The notes beneath the pieces are model-generated. The model did no database searches. It was given only the letters and a program-made list of their open reading frames with translations, and had not been told where the DNA came from. Of a stretch of 64,000 nt of DNA, positions 28,711 to 38,354 are shown one piece after another. Positions within the stretch are counted from its first letter, which is position 1. Every line of letters starts with the position of its first letter. The translations under genes were made by a program, and so were the position numbers. Source of the stretch: an uncultured Pelagibacteraceae bacterium (lineage in GTDB: Bacteria; Pseudomonadota; Alphaproteobacteria; Pelagibacterales; Pelagibacteraceae); assembly GCA_902533945.1 (NCBI GenBank), contig CACANS010000001.1:10437-74436 (forward strand), written 5' to 3'.

Positions 28711-31116
28711 ATGGAGAAACATGCCAAGGTAGTAATAATAGGAGGAGGTGTTGTTGGTTGTTCAATACTTTATCACCTTTCAAAATTTGGACTAAAAGAC
28801 TGCTTATTACTAGAGAGGAATGAACTAACTTCAGGATCATCTTGGCATGCAGCTGGAAATGTCCATGTAATATCTTCAGATCCAAACATTTCTAGAATGA
28901 TGGCTTATACTATAGGTCTTTATAAAGAAATCGAAAAAGAATCAGGACACTCGACTGGATTTAAACCAAGCGGTGGTTTTTATTTAGCGTCAAACGATGT
29001 ATGGGCTGAATATCTTAAAAGGGAAAGATCAAAAGCAAGATATATGGGACTTGATCAAGAATTTATTTCTCTAGAAGAAGTTAAAAAAAAAAATCCACTT
29101 ATTGATCCTTCAAGATATCTTTTAGCATTATGGGATCCAATTGATGGAGAGGTTGATCCTTCAGGAGTAACATATGCTTTCGCTAAAGCAGCTAAAGTTC
29201 ATGGTGGAAAATATTATACACATACAGTTGTTAAGGACACAATACAAAAAGAAGACGGTTCATGGAACGTTATAACTGATAAAGGAAATATTAATGCAGA
29301 GATAGTTATTAATGCAGGAGGATTATGGGCAAGAGAAGTTGGAAAGTTGGCAGGATTAAACTTACCTGTTCAACCTATGGAACATCATTATTTAATTACA
29401 GAGGCAATTCCAGAGATTGAAGCTTTGGGAGATCAAAGACTACCAATAGGAACAGACTTCGAGGGTAATATTTATTTTAGACAAGAAGGCAAGGGGATGC
29501 TGTTAGGAACTTACGAACAAAAATCTACGGCATGGAAAGTAGAAGGAACTCCTATGAATTTTGGACATGAACTTTTAGAACCAAAGTTAGACAACATTCA
29601 AGACAGATTAGCAATTGGTTTTGAAAGAATGCCAGCTTTAGAAAAAGCAGGCATAAAAAATATTGTAAATGGTCCTTTTACTTTTGGACCAGATGGAAGT
29701 CCATTAATTGGTCCTGTTCCAGGAATGAAAAATTATTGGGTAGCTGTAGGTGTCATGGCTGGTTTTTGCCAAGGTGGAGGTGTAGGTAAATGTTTGGCGG
29801 AATGGATAATCGATGGCGAACCATCAATTGATGTTTGGGCAATGGATGTAGCAAGGTTTGGAGATTACGCGTCTCCTCAATATGGAACAATCAAATCATC
29901 AGAAAATTATGAAAGAAGATTCATAATGACATTTCCAAATGAAACTTTACCAAAAGGTAGAAAACAAAAAACCACCGCATTATATGATCGCTTTGTAAAT
30001 CAAGGTGCAGTAATGGGTGATGTCTTTGGTTTAGAAAATGTTTTATGGTTTGCAAAAAATAAAGATGATGCCCATGAAGAACCTACAATAAAAAGATCTA
30101 GATCACATAGTTACGTTTCAAAAGAAGTAATTAATGTAAGAGAAAATGTTGGAGCAATCGAAGTTGCAAATTTTTCAAAACATGAGTTTAAAGGTCCTGA
30201 TGCTAGAAAATTTTTAGATTACATAATGGCAGGGAGATTACCTAAACCAGGAAGAATTTCACTAACTCCAATGCTAACAAAGAAAGGAAAACTTTATGGA
30301 GATCTAACCGTTGCGTGTATGGATGAAAATGAATTTATGATTTTTGGTTCAGGTGCTGCACAAGAAATGCACAGACGATGGTTTGAAAGTCATATTGATA
30401 AGTTTAACTTAAGTTATAAAAATAGATCTGATGAATTCCATGGAATGGCTATTGCAGGACCGAAGTCTAGAGATTTACTTCAAAAAATTGTTAGAGAAGA
30501 TGTTTCAAATAATAAATTCAAATTCAGAGACTCTAAAAAAATGTATGTCGCTGGTGTGCCAGCTATAGTTAATAGATTATCATTCACAGGTGAATTGGGG
30601 TACGAAATTTATGTTGCTCCTCATTTTTTAATTAAATTATATGAAGAATTAATGGAAGCAGGAAAAGAATTTAATATAAAACCTTTTGGTTCAAGAGCTT
30701 TAATGTCAATGAGATTAGAAAAAAATTGGGGCGCATGGACTCTTGATTATAGACCTGATTTTACAGCTAAAGAAACAGGATTAGATATATTTATAAACTG
30801 GGATAAAGAATTTATTGGAAAAGATTCAGCTAAAAAAGATGATAGCAAACATAAGATTACCCCGCTTATTGTAGAAACTAACGAAATAGACGTAACTTAC
30901 AACGAAGCTGTTATGAAAGGTGATAAAAGTATTGGCTATGTTACATCTGGAGGATTTGCTCACTTTATTAACAAAAGTATTGCGTTTTCATACCTGGATA
31001 CAAAAGAATTAAATTCTGGCAAAGGCATACAAGTTGAAATTAACGGTGATATGTTTAATTGTTCAATTATAAAAGATCCACTTTATGATCCAAGTGGAAA
31101 GAAAATGAGAAGCTAA
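28711..31116 (+). CDS. Dimethylglycine/sarcosine dehydrogenase-like FAD oxidoreductase with GcvT domain
   Basis: GGGVVG, LTSGSSWHAAG, SFTGELGYEI; 801 aa. Confidence 0.9.
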   Translation: MEKHAKVVIIGGGVVGCSILYHLSKFGLKDCLLLERNELTSGSSWHAAGNVHVISSDPNISRMMAYTIGLYKEIEKESGHSTGFKPSGGFYLASNDVWAEYLKRERSKARYMGLDQEFISLEEVKKKNPLIDPSRYLLALWDPIDGEVDPSGVTYAFAKAAKVHGGKYYTHTVVKDTIQKEDGSWNVITDKGNINAEIVINAGGLWAREVGKLAGLNLPVQPMEHHYLITEAIPEIEALGDQRLPIGTDFEGNIYFRQEGKGMLLGTYEQKSTAWKVEGTPMNFGHELLEPKLDNIQDRLAIGFERMPALEKAGIKNIVNGPFTFGPDGSPLIGPVPGMKNYWVAVGVMAGFCQGGGVGKCLAEWIIDGEPSIDVWAMDVARFGDYASPQYGTIKSSENYERRFIMTFPNETLPKGRKQKTTALYDRFVNQGAVMGDVFGLENVLWFAKNKDDAHEEPTIKRSRSHSYVSKEVINVRENVGAIEVANFSKHEFKGPDARKFLDYIMAGRLPKPGRISLTPMLTKKGKLYGDLTVACMDENEFMIFGSGAAQEMHRRWFESHIDKFNLSYKNRSDEFHGMAIAGPKSRDLLQKIVREDVSNNKFKFRDSKKMYVAGVPAIVNRLSFTGELGYEIYVAPHFLIKLYEELMEAGKEFNIKPFGSRALMSMRLEKNWGAWTLDYRPDFTAKETGLDIFINWDKEFIGKDSAKKDDSKHKITPLIVETNEIDVTYNEAVMKGDKSIGYVTSGGFAHFINKSIAFSYLDTKELNSGKGIQVEINGDMFNCSIIKDPLYDPSGKKMRS

Positions 31117-31745
31117 TGGCACAAAAAGATGTAGGTAACAAAGTTCCAATTTATAAACTAAAAAAAACCGAAGAGGTTATGAAATACTATGATGAGTGGG
31201 GTGAAGGAAATAAGTACGATAAAGATATGGTTGATTGGAATTATACAGGTCCAAAAGAAACTTCAGAAGTTTTTATCAAACATAATAAGAATAAAGATGC
31301 TAAAATTTATGATGCTGGTTGTGGAACAGGATTGGTTGCTGTTGAATTAAAAAAGTATGGTTATAATAATTTTTATGGAGCAGATCTATCTCAAAAACTT
31401 TTAGATTTAGTCCCAGATGGTCTTTATCAAAAATTAGAAAAAGTAGATTTAAATAAACCCATTCAAGAAGAGGATAATACATTTGATGCTGTTTTGTGCG
31501 TTGGAACATTTACCTTTGGCCATGTAAAACCTCCTGCGCTTGATGAATTTATAAGAATAACAAAAAATAAAGGACTTATTTGTTTTACTATAAACGAAGG
31601 AATTCATGAAGAATATGGTTTTGATAAAAAAATTGCACAATTAAATAAAGATAACAAGTGGAAGGAAATAGAATTTTTTAAATCAGACTACATAGCAAGC
31701 AAAGATGTTAATGCTTGGCTTGGCCTTTATGAGGTAATTAAATAG
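31116..31745 (+). CDS. Class I SAM-dependent methyltransferase (METTL27/WBSCR27-like)
   Basis: YDAGCGTG motif I; GTFTFGH. Confidence 0.85.
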   Translation: MAQKDVGNKVPIYKLKKTEEVMKYYDEWGEGNKYDKDMVDWNYTGPKETSEVFIKHNKNKDAKIYDAGCGTGLVAVELKKYGYNNFYGADLSQKLLDLVPDGLYQKLEKVDLNKPIQEEDNTFDAVLCVGTFTFGHVKPPALDEFIRITKNKGLICFTINEGIHEEYGFDKKIAQLNKDNKWKEIEFFKSDYIASKDVNAWLGLYEVIK

Positions 31746-32920
31746 TGTCTGAAATATACAACATCATAGAGAAAAAAAAATTAGATGTTGTTAGCAATCC
31801 GATTGAAAAATCTCATGGTTTACCAAACGAATGTTATACAAGTGAAAAATATACACAACTTGAGAGAAAAAAATTATTTGAAGATAAATGGGTAGTAATA
31901 GGTGTTGCAAGTTCTTTACCAAAAATAGGCGATGCAAAACCTTTTGATCTTTTAGGTATTCCAATAATAATATTAAGAGATAAACAAAATAAAATAAGAG
32001 TTTTTCATAATGTTTGCAGTCATAGAGGATATAAAATTTTACAAAAAGACTGTAAAATTAAAAATGTAATAAGGTGCCCTTACCACTCTTGGTCATATGA
32101 TTTGACAGGAAAACTTGTTGCAACCCCACACGTTGGAGGAATGAATAAACATGAGTGTAAAAAGTTTGACAAATCAAAAAGTAATTTAAAAGAAATTAGA
32201 TCTTACATTTGGCTTGATATGATTTTTGTAAATATAAGTGAAAATGAAATTTCTTTTGAACAATATATAAAACCATTAAGTGATAGATGGGAAGAATTCT
32301 GGCCAGAAAAAGATAGAAAATTAATGGTTTATTCAAATGATTTTGGATATTTCAATTTGAATGCAAAATGTAATTGGAAATTTGCAATAGAGAATTATTG
32401 TGAAAGTTATCATTTGCCATGGGTACACCCTGGTTTAAATTCTTACTCAAAGATAAGCGATCATTATCATATTCAAGGATTACCAAACCGTTTTGCCGGG
32501 CAAGGAACTAAAGTTTATAATCCAAAATTAAAGGGTAAGGAAAAATTTCCTTTTTTTCCTAACTGGCCAAAAGATAAAGAAAATATAGCAGAATATGTGG
32601 CTTTATTTCCTAACGTTATGCTAGGTATACATAAAGATCATTTTTATGCATATTGGCTAGAGCCTGTAGATCACAAGTTTACCAAGGAACATATGGAAAT
32701 CTATTATGTGGGAGAAAAAGCAGCTAATTCAAAAAAATTTAAAAATTTACGTAAACAAAACTATAAATTATGGAAAGATGTACAGAGAGAAGACGTTCAT
32801 ATAATTGAGGGAATGCAAGAAGGAAGAAATTCACCATCTTATAATGGTGGTAATTTTTCCCCTGTAATGGATAATCCAACACATCACTTTCATAAATGGG
32901 TAGCAACTAATATAGTTTAA
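31745..32920 (+). CDS. Rieske non-heme iron oxygenase alpha subunit (choline monooxygenase/betaine demethylase-like)
   Basis: CSH...CPYH Rieske motif; ENYCESYHLPWVH iron motif. Confidence 0.9.
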   Translation: MSEIYNIIEKKKLDVVSNPIEKSHGLPNECYTSEKYTQLERKKLFEDKWVVIGVASSLPKIGDAKPFDLLGIPIIILRDKQNKIRVFHNVCSHRGYKILQKDCKIKNVIRCPYHSWSYDLTGKLVATPHVGGMNKHECKKFDKSKSNLKEIRSYIWLDMIFVNISENEISFEQYIKPLSDRWEEFWPEKDRKLMVYSNDFGYFNLNAKCNWKFAIENYCESYHLPWVHPGLNSYSKISDHYHIQGLPNRFAGQGTKVYNPKLKGKEKFPFFPNWPKDKENIAEYVALFPNVMLGIHKDHFYAYWLEPVDHKFTKEHMEIYYVGEKAANSKKFKNLRKQNYKLWKDVQREDVHIIEGMQEGRNSPSYNGGNFSPVMDNPTHHFHKWVATNIV

Positions 32921-32922
32921 TT

Positions 32923-34158
32923 ATGAAGTTTAATAGAAAAATTACACCTAATACAAAACCAAAAGTAAATTTTATAACAAAGAAAAGATTAAGAGAAGAT
33001 GAAATTAATTTTCAGAAACTTAGAACTTACAGGTTGGATAGAGTTAAAAAAGAATTAGAAAAAAATAATTTAGAAGCTTGTATATTATTTGATCCTGTAA
33101 ATATTAGATATGCTTTAGACACTGTAAACATGAGTGTTTACAATATGCATAATTTAACAAGATATTGTTTTGTTCCTGTAAGTGGACCAACAATACTTTA
33201 TGAGTATTTCAATTGTGAAATATTATCGAAACATTTAAATTTAATAGATGAAATAAGACCAGCAATTACATGGGATTATTTTAGTAATGGAGATCAAGCC
33301 AGTTTGCAATTAGAGAAATGGGTTAATGAAGTAAAAGATTTATCAAATTCTTATTTTAAAAATAAAAAAATAGCCATTGATGTTATTAATGGCCCAGCAG
33401 TAACAGCTTTAAATAAAAAAGGCTTTAAAGTAATCGATGCAAAGCTAATACTAGAACAAGCAAGAGTAATTAAATCTACTGAAGAATTAAAATGCATGAA
33501 AGCTGCAATTGATGTTGCAGAAATTGGTGTTACGAAAATGCGCAATGAATTAAAAGCGGGTATGACCGAAGATGAACTTTGGTCTATTTTGCACAAAACT
33601 AATATTGAACACGGTGGAGAATGGATTGAGTGTAGAATTTTATCATCAGGAGAAAGGACAAATCCTTGGATGCAAGAAAGCAGCAACAAAGTTATTCAAA
33701 GTGGTGAATTAGTATCTTTTGATACAGATATGGTTGGTCCTTATGGATATTGTGCGGACATATCAAGAGCGTTTGTAGAAGGACATAAATTTAATGACGA
33801 TCAAAAAAAATTATATCAAATGGCTGTTGAGCAGATTAATCATAATTATAGATTAATAAAATCTGGGACATCTTTTAAAGAATTTACTGAAAAATCTTGG
33901 AAACTTCCTGATGAATATTATGGAAACAGATATTCATGTATGCTTCATGGAATTGGTCTTTGCGATGAGTGGCCGCAAATAAAATATCCAACTGATGGTG
34001 GACAAAGAGAAGGTCATTTTGAAAAAAATATGACTATCACACTTGAGAGTTATATTGGCAAAGTAGGTGGTAAAGAAGGGGTTAAACTTGAGCAACAGTA
34101 TGTAGTTGGTGAAAATAACCTTGAACTCATGTCCCATCATCCATTAGAAGATATCTAA
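32923..34158 (+). CDS. M24 peptidase-fold protein closely resembling DMSP lyase DddP
   Basis: FDPVNIRYA, GGEWIECR, RTNPW.QE, FDTD...DISR, HGIGLCDEWP, KLEQQ. Confidence 0.75.
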   Translation: MKFNRKITPNTKPKVNFITKKRLREDEINFQKLRTYRLDRVKKELEKNNLEACILFDPVNIRYALDTVNMSVYNMHNLTRYCFVPVSGPTILYEYFNCEILSKHLNLIDEIRPAITWDYFSNGDQASLQLEKWVNEVKDLSNSYFKNKKIAIDVINGPAVTALNKKGFKVIDAKLILEQARVIKSTEELKCMKAAIDVAEIGVTKMRNELKAGMTEDELWSILHKTNIEHGGEWIECRILSSGERTNPWMQESSNKVIQSGELVSFDTDMVGPYGYCADISRAFVEGHKFNDDQKKLYQMAVEQINHNYRLIKSGTSFKEFTEKSWKLPDEYYGNRYSCMLHGIGLCDEWPQIKYPTDGGQREGHFEKNMTITLESYIGKVGGKEGVKLEQQYVVGENNLELMSHHPLEDI

Positions 34159-34568
34159 TGAAAATTATTTTAATTATGGGACTGCCCGGGGCTGGCAAAA
34201 CAACTCTAGCAAATGAGCTAGCAAAATTAATAAAAGCCAAAAGATTAAATGCAGATGAAATTAGAAAAGCTGCAAACGATTGGGATTTTTCAGAAGAAGG
34301 TAGAACAAGACAATCAAAAAGAATGGCAGATGCTGCGCTAAAAATTAAAAATGAAGGCAACAATGTAATAGCTGACTTTATATGCCCAACACCTGAAGCG
34401 AGAAAATTATTTCCAGCAGATTATGTTGTTTGGGTAGATACCATCCAAAAAGGTAGATTTGACGACACAAATCAAATGTTCGTAAAGCCTGAAAAATATG
34501 ACTTTCATGTCACTTCTCAAGATGCACAAGCTTGGGCGCCTAAAATATATGAAGATCTAAAAAAATAA
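34158..34568 (+). CDS. Minimal adenylyl-sulfate kinase-like P-loop kinase
   Basis: GLPGAGKTT, NADEIR, DFSEEGR, ADFICP; only 136 aa. Confidence 0.7.
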   Translation: MKIILIMGLPGAGKTTLANELAKLIKAKRLNADEIRKAANDWDFSEEGRTRQSKRMADAALKIKNEGNNVIADFICPTPEARKLFPADYVVWVDTIQKGRFDDTNQMFVKPEKYDFHVTSQDAQAWAPKIYEDLKK

Positions 34569-34586
34569 GATATCAAATCTTTTTTT

Positions 34587-36887
34587 ATGAACTTTTTAAA
34601 AAAAATTATCATTATCTTATTATTTTTATTTCCAATCTCTAATTCATTTGGAGAGATGTTAACTCATGTTCAAACAGTAACCGTTGACATTAAAAGTGAA
34701 GGAGGAGGTCTTGTAGCTGGTATCGAGTTTAACAATGACGGAACTAAAATGTTTACAACTTATGCTAATAAAAATGATAGTAATGAACATCGCGTATTAG
34801 AATATAATCTATCTACACCTTATGACATATCCACAAGAGTTGCTGCAGGAAATAGTGAAAGATGTTTATTAGATGGCGTTGCTACTACTACTATATATGA
34901 CTTAGAATTTAGTAGTGATGGAATGAAGCTATTTACAACAACTAGAAATGCAGGTTCTGATGTAGCGGACGCTGACAAGGCTTATGGATTTGATTTAACT
35001 TCACCTTATGATGTTTCAACTTGCACATTAGCTTCACAAACTACAGATCTAGACTCTTCTACTAATACAAGTGGAAGTCTAGCAGGAAATTTTGATCATG
35101 CTGGTACACAGAATAGAAAACATAGACTACAAGGTATAGAAATTAATAATGATGGCACTAAATTATTTTTAATTTGGATGGACGCTGCCGATGCGGATGT
35201 AGGTGCTAGATTGCTTGAGTATACACTCTCAACTCCATATGACTTAACAACATTATCACTTGTTACTACTGCAGGAATTGAACTATCTCGTTCAACAACA
35301 AATGGTGTAGAAAACCCAGCTTCAATGAGATTTAGCTCTAATGGAAAAAGAATTTTTGTAATTAGTCATGATGATACAGACGCAGGTATAACTCAAATTT
35401 CACTTGATATGGCTTATGACACATCATCTTATAAACTAGATGGCAGAGTTAATTTATTTAGCGGTGTTAGTCCAAAAAATAAAGAACCTAGAGGAGTTGC
35501 ATTTAATTCAAGTGGGTTAAAAATATATATAGGAAGTGATTTTAATTGGGATTCCGAAACAGAAGCAAACGATGGTGACAATCCAGATCAAGTATTGGAG
35601 TTTGATTTGGTCTGTCCTTTTAATATTATTTCAGGAAAATGTCCTTCTATTACTGATAATAGTGACAGAACTGGAATGGCAGAAGCTCAAGTAGAATTAG
35701 CAAAAAGAACAATTAATTTTTCAACAAACTCAGTTTTAAATAGATTGAAGTGGATTAGAAGAAATAAAGATAAACAAAATTTATCAAACCAAAATATTAA
35801 ATTAAACTTTTCAAATAGCATGCTTTCGTCTTTAAACGCACTACCAGTTTCATCTTTTAAAAAAATATCAACTTCAAAAAAAAATAATGAATCAAATAAA
35901 AGTTATTTTTATTGGAGTGAGGGTAGCATATCTCTTGGAAGAGTCGGAGACACCAGTATTGCATCAACGAAAGAGCTTCATACAAACTCTTTAACTTTTG
36001 GTCTTGATAGGTTTACAGATGATTATGGTCTTGAAGGATTTGCCTTTAGATTTGGCAATGATGATGTTGATGTTGGTAGCGCCGGAAGTAATTTAGATTC
36101 TAATACATATAACATCACATATTATAGTACGTCGCCTATTAAAGATGATACAAAATACCTAGATAAGATCTTTGGAATAGGAAAAATAAAATCAAATATA
36201 CTTAGTGTACTTGATGGTAAAAATTTAACTGCGGACAGAACAGGCAATCAAATATATGGCACTTTAAAAATTAAGGACGAGTATAAAAGGGATAAATTAA
36301 CTCTTATACCTTCTGGACAATTCGATTTTGGGCATACAATATTACACGGATATAAAGAAGCAGGCACAGGAGCTATTGAAGTTGAAGATCAACACGTTCG
36401 AACAAAAAATTTAAGGGCAACGATGGCAGTGGTTGAAGATTTATCAAGTGATAAATACACTTTAAAGAGACACGGAAAACTAGAGTATGTTGCTGAGTTA
36501 GATCGTTCATCAAACTTTAAATATACCTATGTGGGGGATGGTAGTGTTAAGTTTAATGATACATTGCACACTGGAGCGTTACATAATCTTAACGGTGAAA
36601 TTGGTATAGATATAATTTTTCCCGAACACTACAGTGTCTTTATTATTTATGAGAGAAACCATGCTTTTGGCACTGGATATACTGACAACTTATATATAGC
36701 TTTAGGATATTTACCTCACGAAGATACAGAATATGCATTTTCAATAAATGGATCTGAGAATTTAATATCAAAATTTGAAATTAAGAAAAGTATTAATGGT
36801 TACGATTTAAGTTTTAATTTAAATGACGATTTAATTAATTTGGGCGATAGTAAAGAAGCTAGTATAAACCTAAATAAAGTCTTTTAA
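34587..36887 (+). CDS. Autotransporter-like outer-membrane protein with beta-propeller-like repeat passenger (paralog of 7254..9443)
   Basis: Signal peptide; five F/I-xx-(D/N/S)G repeats with LSTPYD; CPF...C pair; C-terminal beta strands ending in Phe. Confidence 0.75.
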   Translation: MNFLKKIIIILLFLFPISNSFGEMLTHVQTVTVDIKSEGGGLVAGIEFNNDGTKMFTTYANKNDSNEHRVLEYNLSTPYDISTRVAAGNSERCLLDGVATTTIYDLEFSSDGMKLFTTTRNAGSDVADADKAYGFDLTSPYDVSTCTLASQTTDLDSSTNTSGSLAGNFDHAGTQNRKHRLQGIEINNDGTKLFLIWMDAADADVGARLLEYTLSTPYDLTTLSLVTTAGIELSRSTTNGVENPASMRFSSNGKRIFVISHDDTDAGITQISLDMAYDTSSYKLDGRVNLFSGVSPKNKEPRGVAFNSSGLKIYIGSDFNWDSETEANDGDNPDQVLEFDLVCPFNIISGKCPSITDNSDRTGMAEAQVELAKRTINFSTNSVLNRLKWIRRNKDKQNLSNQNIKLNFSNSMLSSLNALPVSSFKKISTSKKNNESNKSYFYWSEGSISLGRVGDTSIASTKELHTNSLTFGLDRFTDDYGLEGFAFRFGNDDVDVGSAGSNLDSNTYNITYYSTSPIKDDTKYLDKIFGIGKIKSNILSVLDGKNLTADRTGNQIYGTLKIKDEYKRDKLTLIPSGQFDFGHTILHGYKEAGTGAIEVEDQHVRTKNLRATMAVVEDLSSDKYTLKRHGKLEYVAELDRSSNFKYTYVGDGSVKFNDTLHTGALHNLNGEIGIDIIFPEHYSVFIIYERNHAFGTGYTDNLYIALGYLPHEDTEYAFSINGSENLISKFEIKKSINGYDLSFNLNDDLINLGDSKEASINLNKVF

Positions 36888-36919
36888 TTTTTTTTTATTA
36901 GGAATAAACTGAAATTCTT

Positions 36920-37294
36920 ATGAGCTATAAATGGGACAACAAAAAACCAACAGCACAAATGCTTGGAAGATGGCAACCATTTCATGATGGCCATTATGCT
37001 TTATTTGAAGAAATAATTAAGAAAACTGGACAAGTTTGTATTCAAATAAGGGATGTACAAGGAGTAGATGACAATCCTTTTGATTTTGAAACAGTAAAGC
37101 AAAAAATAGAAGAAAGATTAAACCCAAAATATGAGGGTAGATTTAAAATTATTCTAGTGCCAAATATAACTAATATTTGTTATGGAAGAGGTGTTGGTTA
37201 TAAAATTGAAGAAATAGTTATGCCAGAAGAGATACAAAAAATTTCTGCTACAAAAATTAGAGCTAAAATGCGTGAGGATGGAGATCTAAAGTGA
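36920..37294 (+). CDS. Small HxGH nucleotidyltransferase (cytidylyltransferase-like fold)
   Basis: GRWQPFHDGH, YGRGVGY, ISATKIR. Confidence 0.8.
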   Translation: MSYKWDNKKPTAQMLGRWQPFHDGHYALFEEIIKKTGQVCIQIRDVQGVDDNPFDFETVKQKIEERLNPKYEGRFKIILVPNITNICYGRGVGYKIEEIVMPEEIQKISATKIRAKMREDGDLK

Positions 37295-38142
37295 ACGAAA
37301 GACTTAAGTCAATAGTAGATTTAAAAAAATATCCAATCTATGACTTAAATTCTCCAACAATTAAAAATTTAATTAAAAGGTGTAAAGAGGAACTAGATCA
37401 ATTTAGCTGCTCAACTATTCCTAATTTTATTTTACCAAAATCATTAGAAATAATGAATTCAGAATTAGAAAAGCAATTAGACGAGGTTTATATGTCCAAA
37501 GAAAGTATAAATCCTTATTTATATGCTGAAGACAATCCAAAACTACCTAAAGATCATCCAAAAAGAACTTTTATGAATAGATATAATGGATATTTAAATT
37601 CAGATTGTTTTCCAAAAAATTCTGAAATGAAATATCTTTATGAAACGGATGAACTTTTAAAATTTGTATCTGCGTGTTTAGGAGTTTCTCCAATTTATAG
37701 ATGGGCAGATCCGTTGGCTTGCCATGCATATAATGTTATGGAACCAGAAGGAATTCTTCCTTGGCATTTTGATAGTTGTGAATTTACTTTAAGTTTAATG
37801 ATTCAAAAACCAGAGAAAGGTGGAGTATTTGAATATTGTCCAAATATTCGAGAACCAGGAAATGAAAATTTTGATGAAGTTAAAAAAGTTTTAAATGGTG
37901 ACAGAGCAAGAGTTGAACAATTAAAATTAGAACCAGGTGATCTACAAATATTTAAAGGAAGATTTACTTTACATAGAGTAACAAAAATAGAGGGTAAAAA
38001 ATCGAGATACATGTGTATTCCAGCTTATGTTTTAGATCCTTGGAGAGTAAATACCCCTGAGCATTCTAAGGCTATATATGGCAAAGTGTTACCAATTCAT
38101 TTAGAGAGAAATGTTGCTAGATCAGATGGCCTAGCAGATTGA
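37291..38142 (+). CDS. BesD/HalD-like 2OG-Fe(II) enzyme, hydroxylase type
   Basis: WHFD (HxD), GGVFEYCP, LHRVT; GTG start overlapping the upstream stop. Confidence 0.7.
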   Translation: MNERLKSIVDLKKYPIYDLNSPTIKNLIKRCKEELDQFSCSTIPNFILPKSLEIMNSELEKQLDEVYMSKESINPYLYAEDNPKLPKDHPKRTFMNRYNGYLNSDCFPKNSEMKYLYETDELLKFVSACLGVSPIYRWADPLACHAYNVMEPEGILPWHFDSCEFTLSLMIQKPEKGGVFEYCPNIREPGNENFDEVKKVLNGDRARVEQLKLEPGDLQIFKGRFTLHRVTKIEGKKSRYMCIPAYVLDPWRVNTPEHSKAIYGKVLPIHLERNVARSDGLAD

Positions 38143-38156
38143 TATGAGTATTAATT

Positions 38157-38354
38157 ATGATAAAAAAATCTAAAGAACATTTAGATTTAGTAAACGAAAC
38201 TTATATTCAACATTTTAAAGTTGCATTTAATGTTAGTCGTTTAATGATAGTAGGAGGTTTTCAAGCAATTATACACGCCATATGTCCTGCAGTATTTCAG
38301 AATTCCGCAAGCGACAAGATAAAAAGATTACATGAAAAAGTTTCTAAAAGATGA
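38157..38354 (+). CDS. Small conserved protein (DUF6356-like)
   Basis: HL..VNETY.QH...HAI.P..F...AS..I pattern. Confidence 0.65.
   Translation: MIKKSKEHLDLVNETYIQHFKVAFNVSRLMIVGGFQAIIHAICPAVFQNSASDKIKRLHEKVSKR

Noticed and set aside
37291-38142. Calling the BesD-like gene a halogenase
   Set aside because: The motif is HFD with the carboxylate retained, which is the hydroxylase signature
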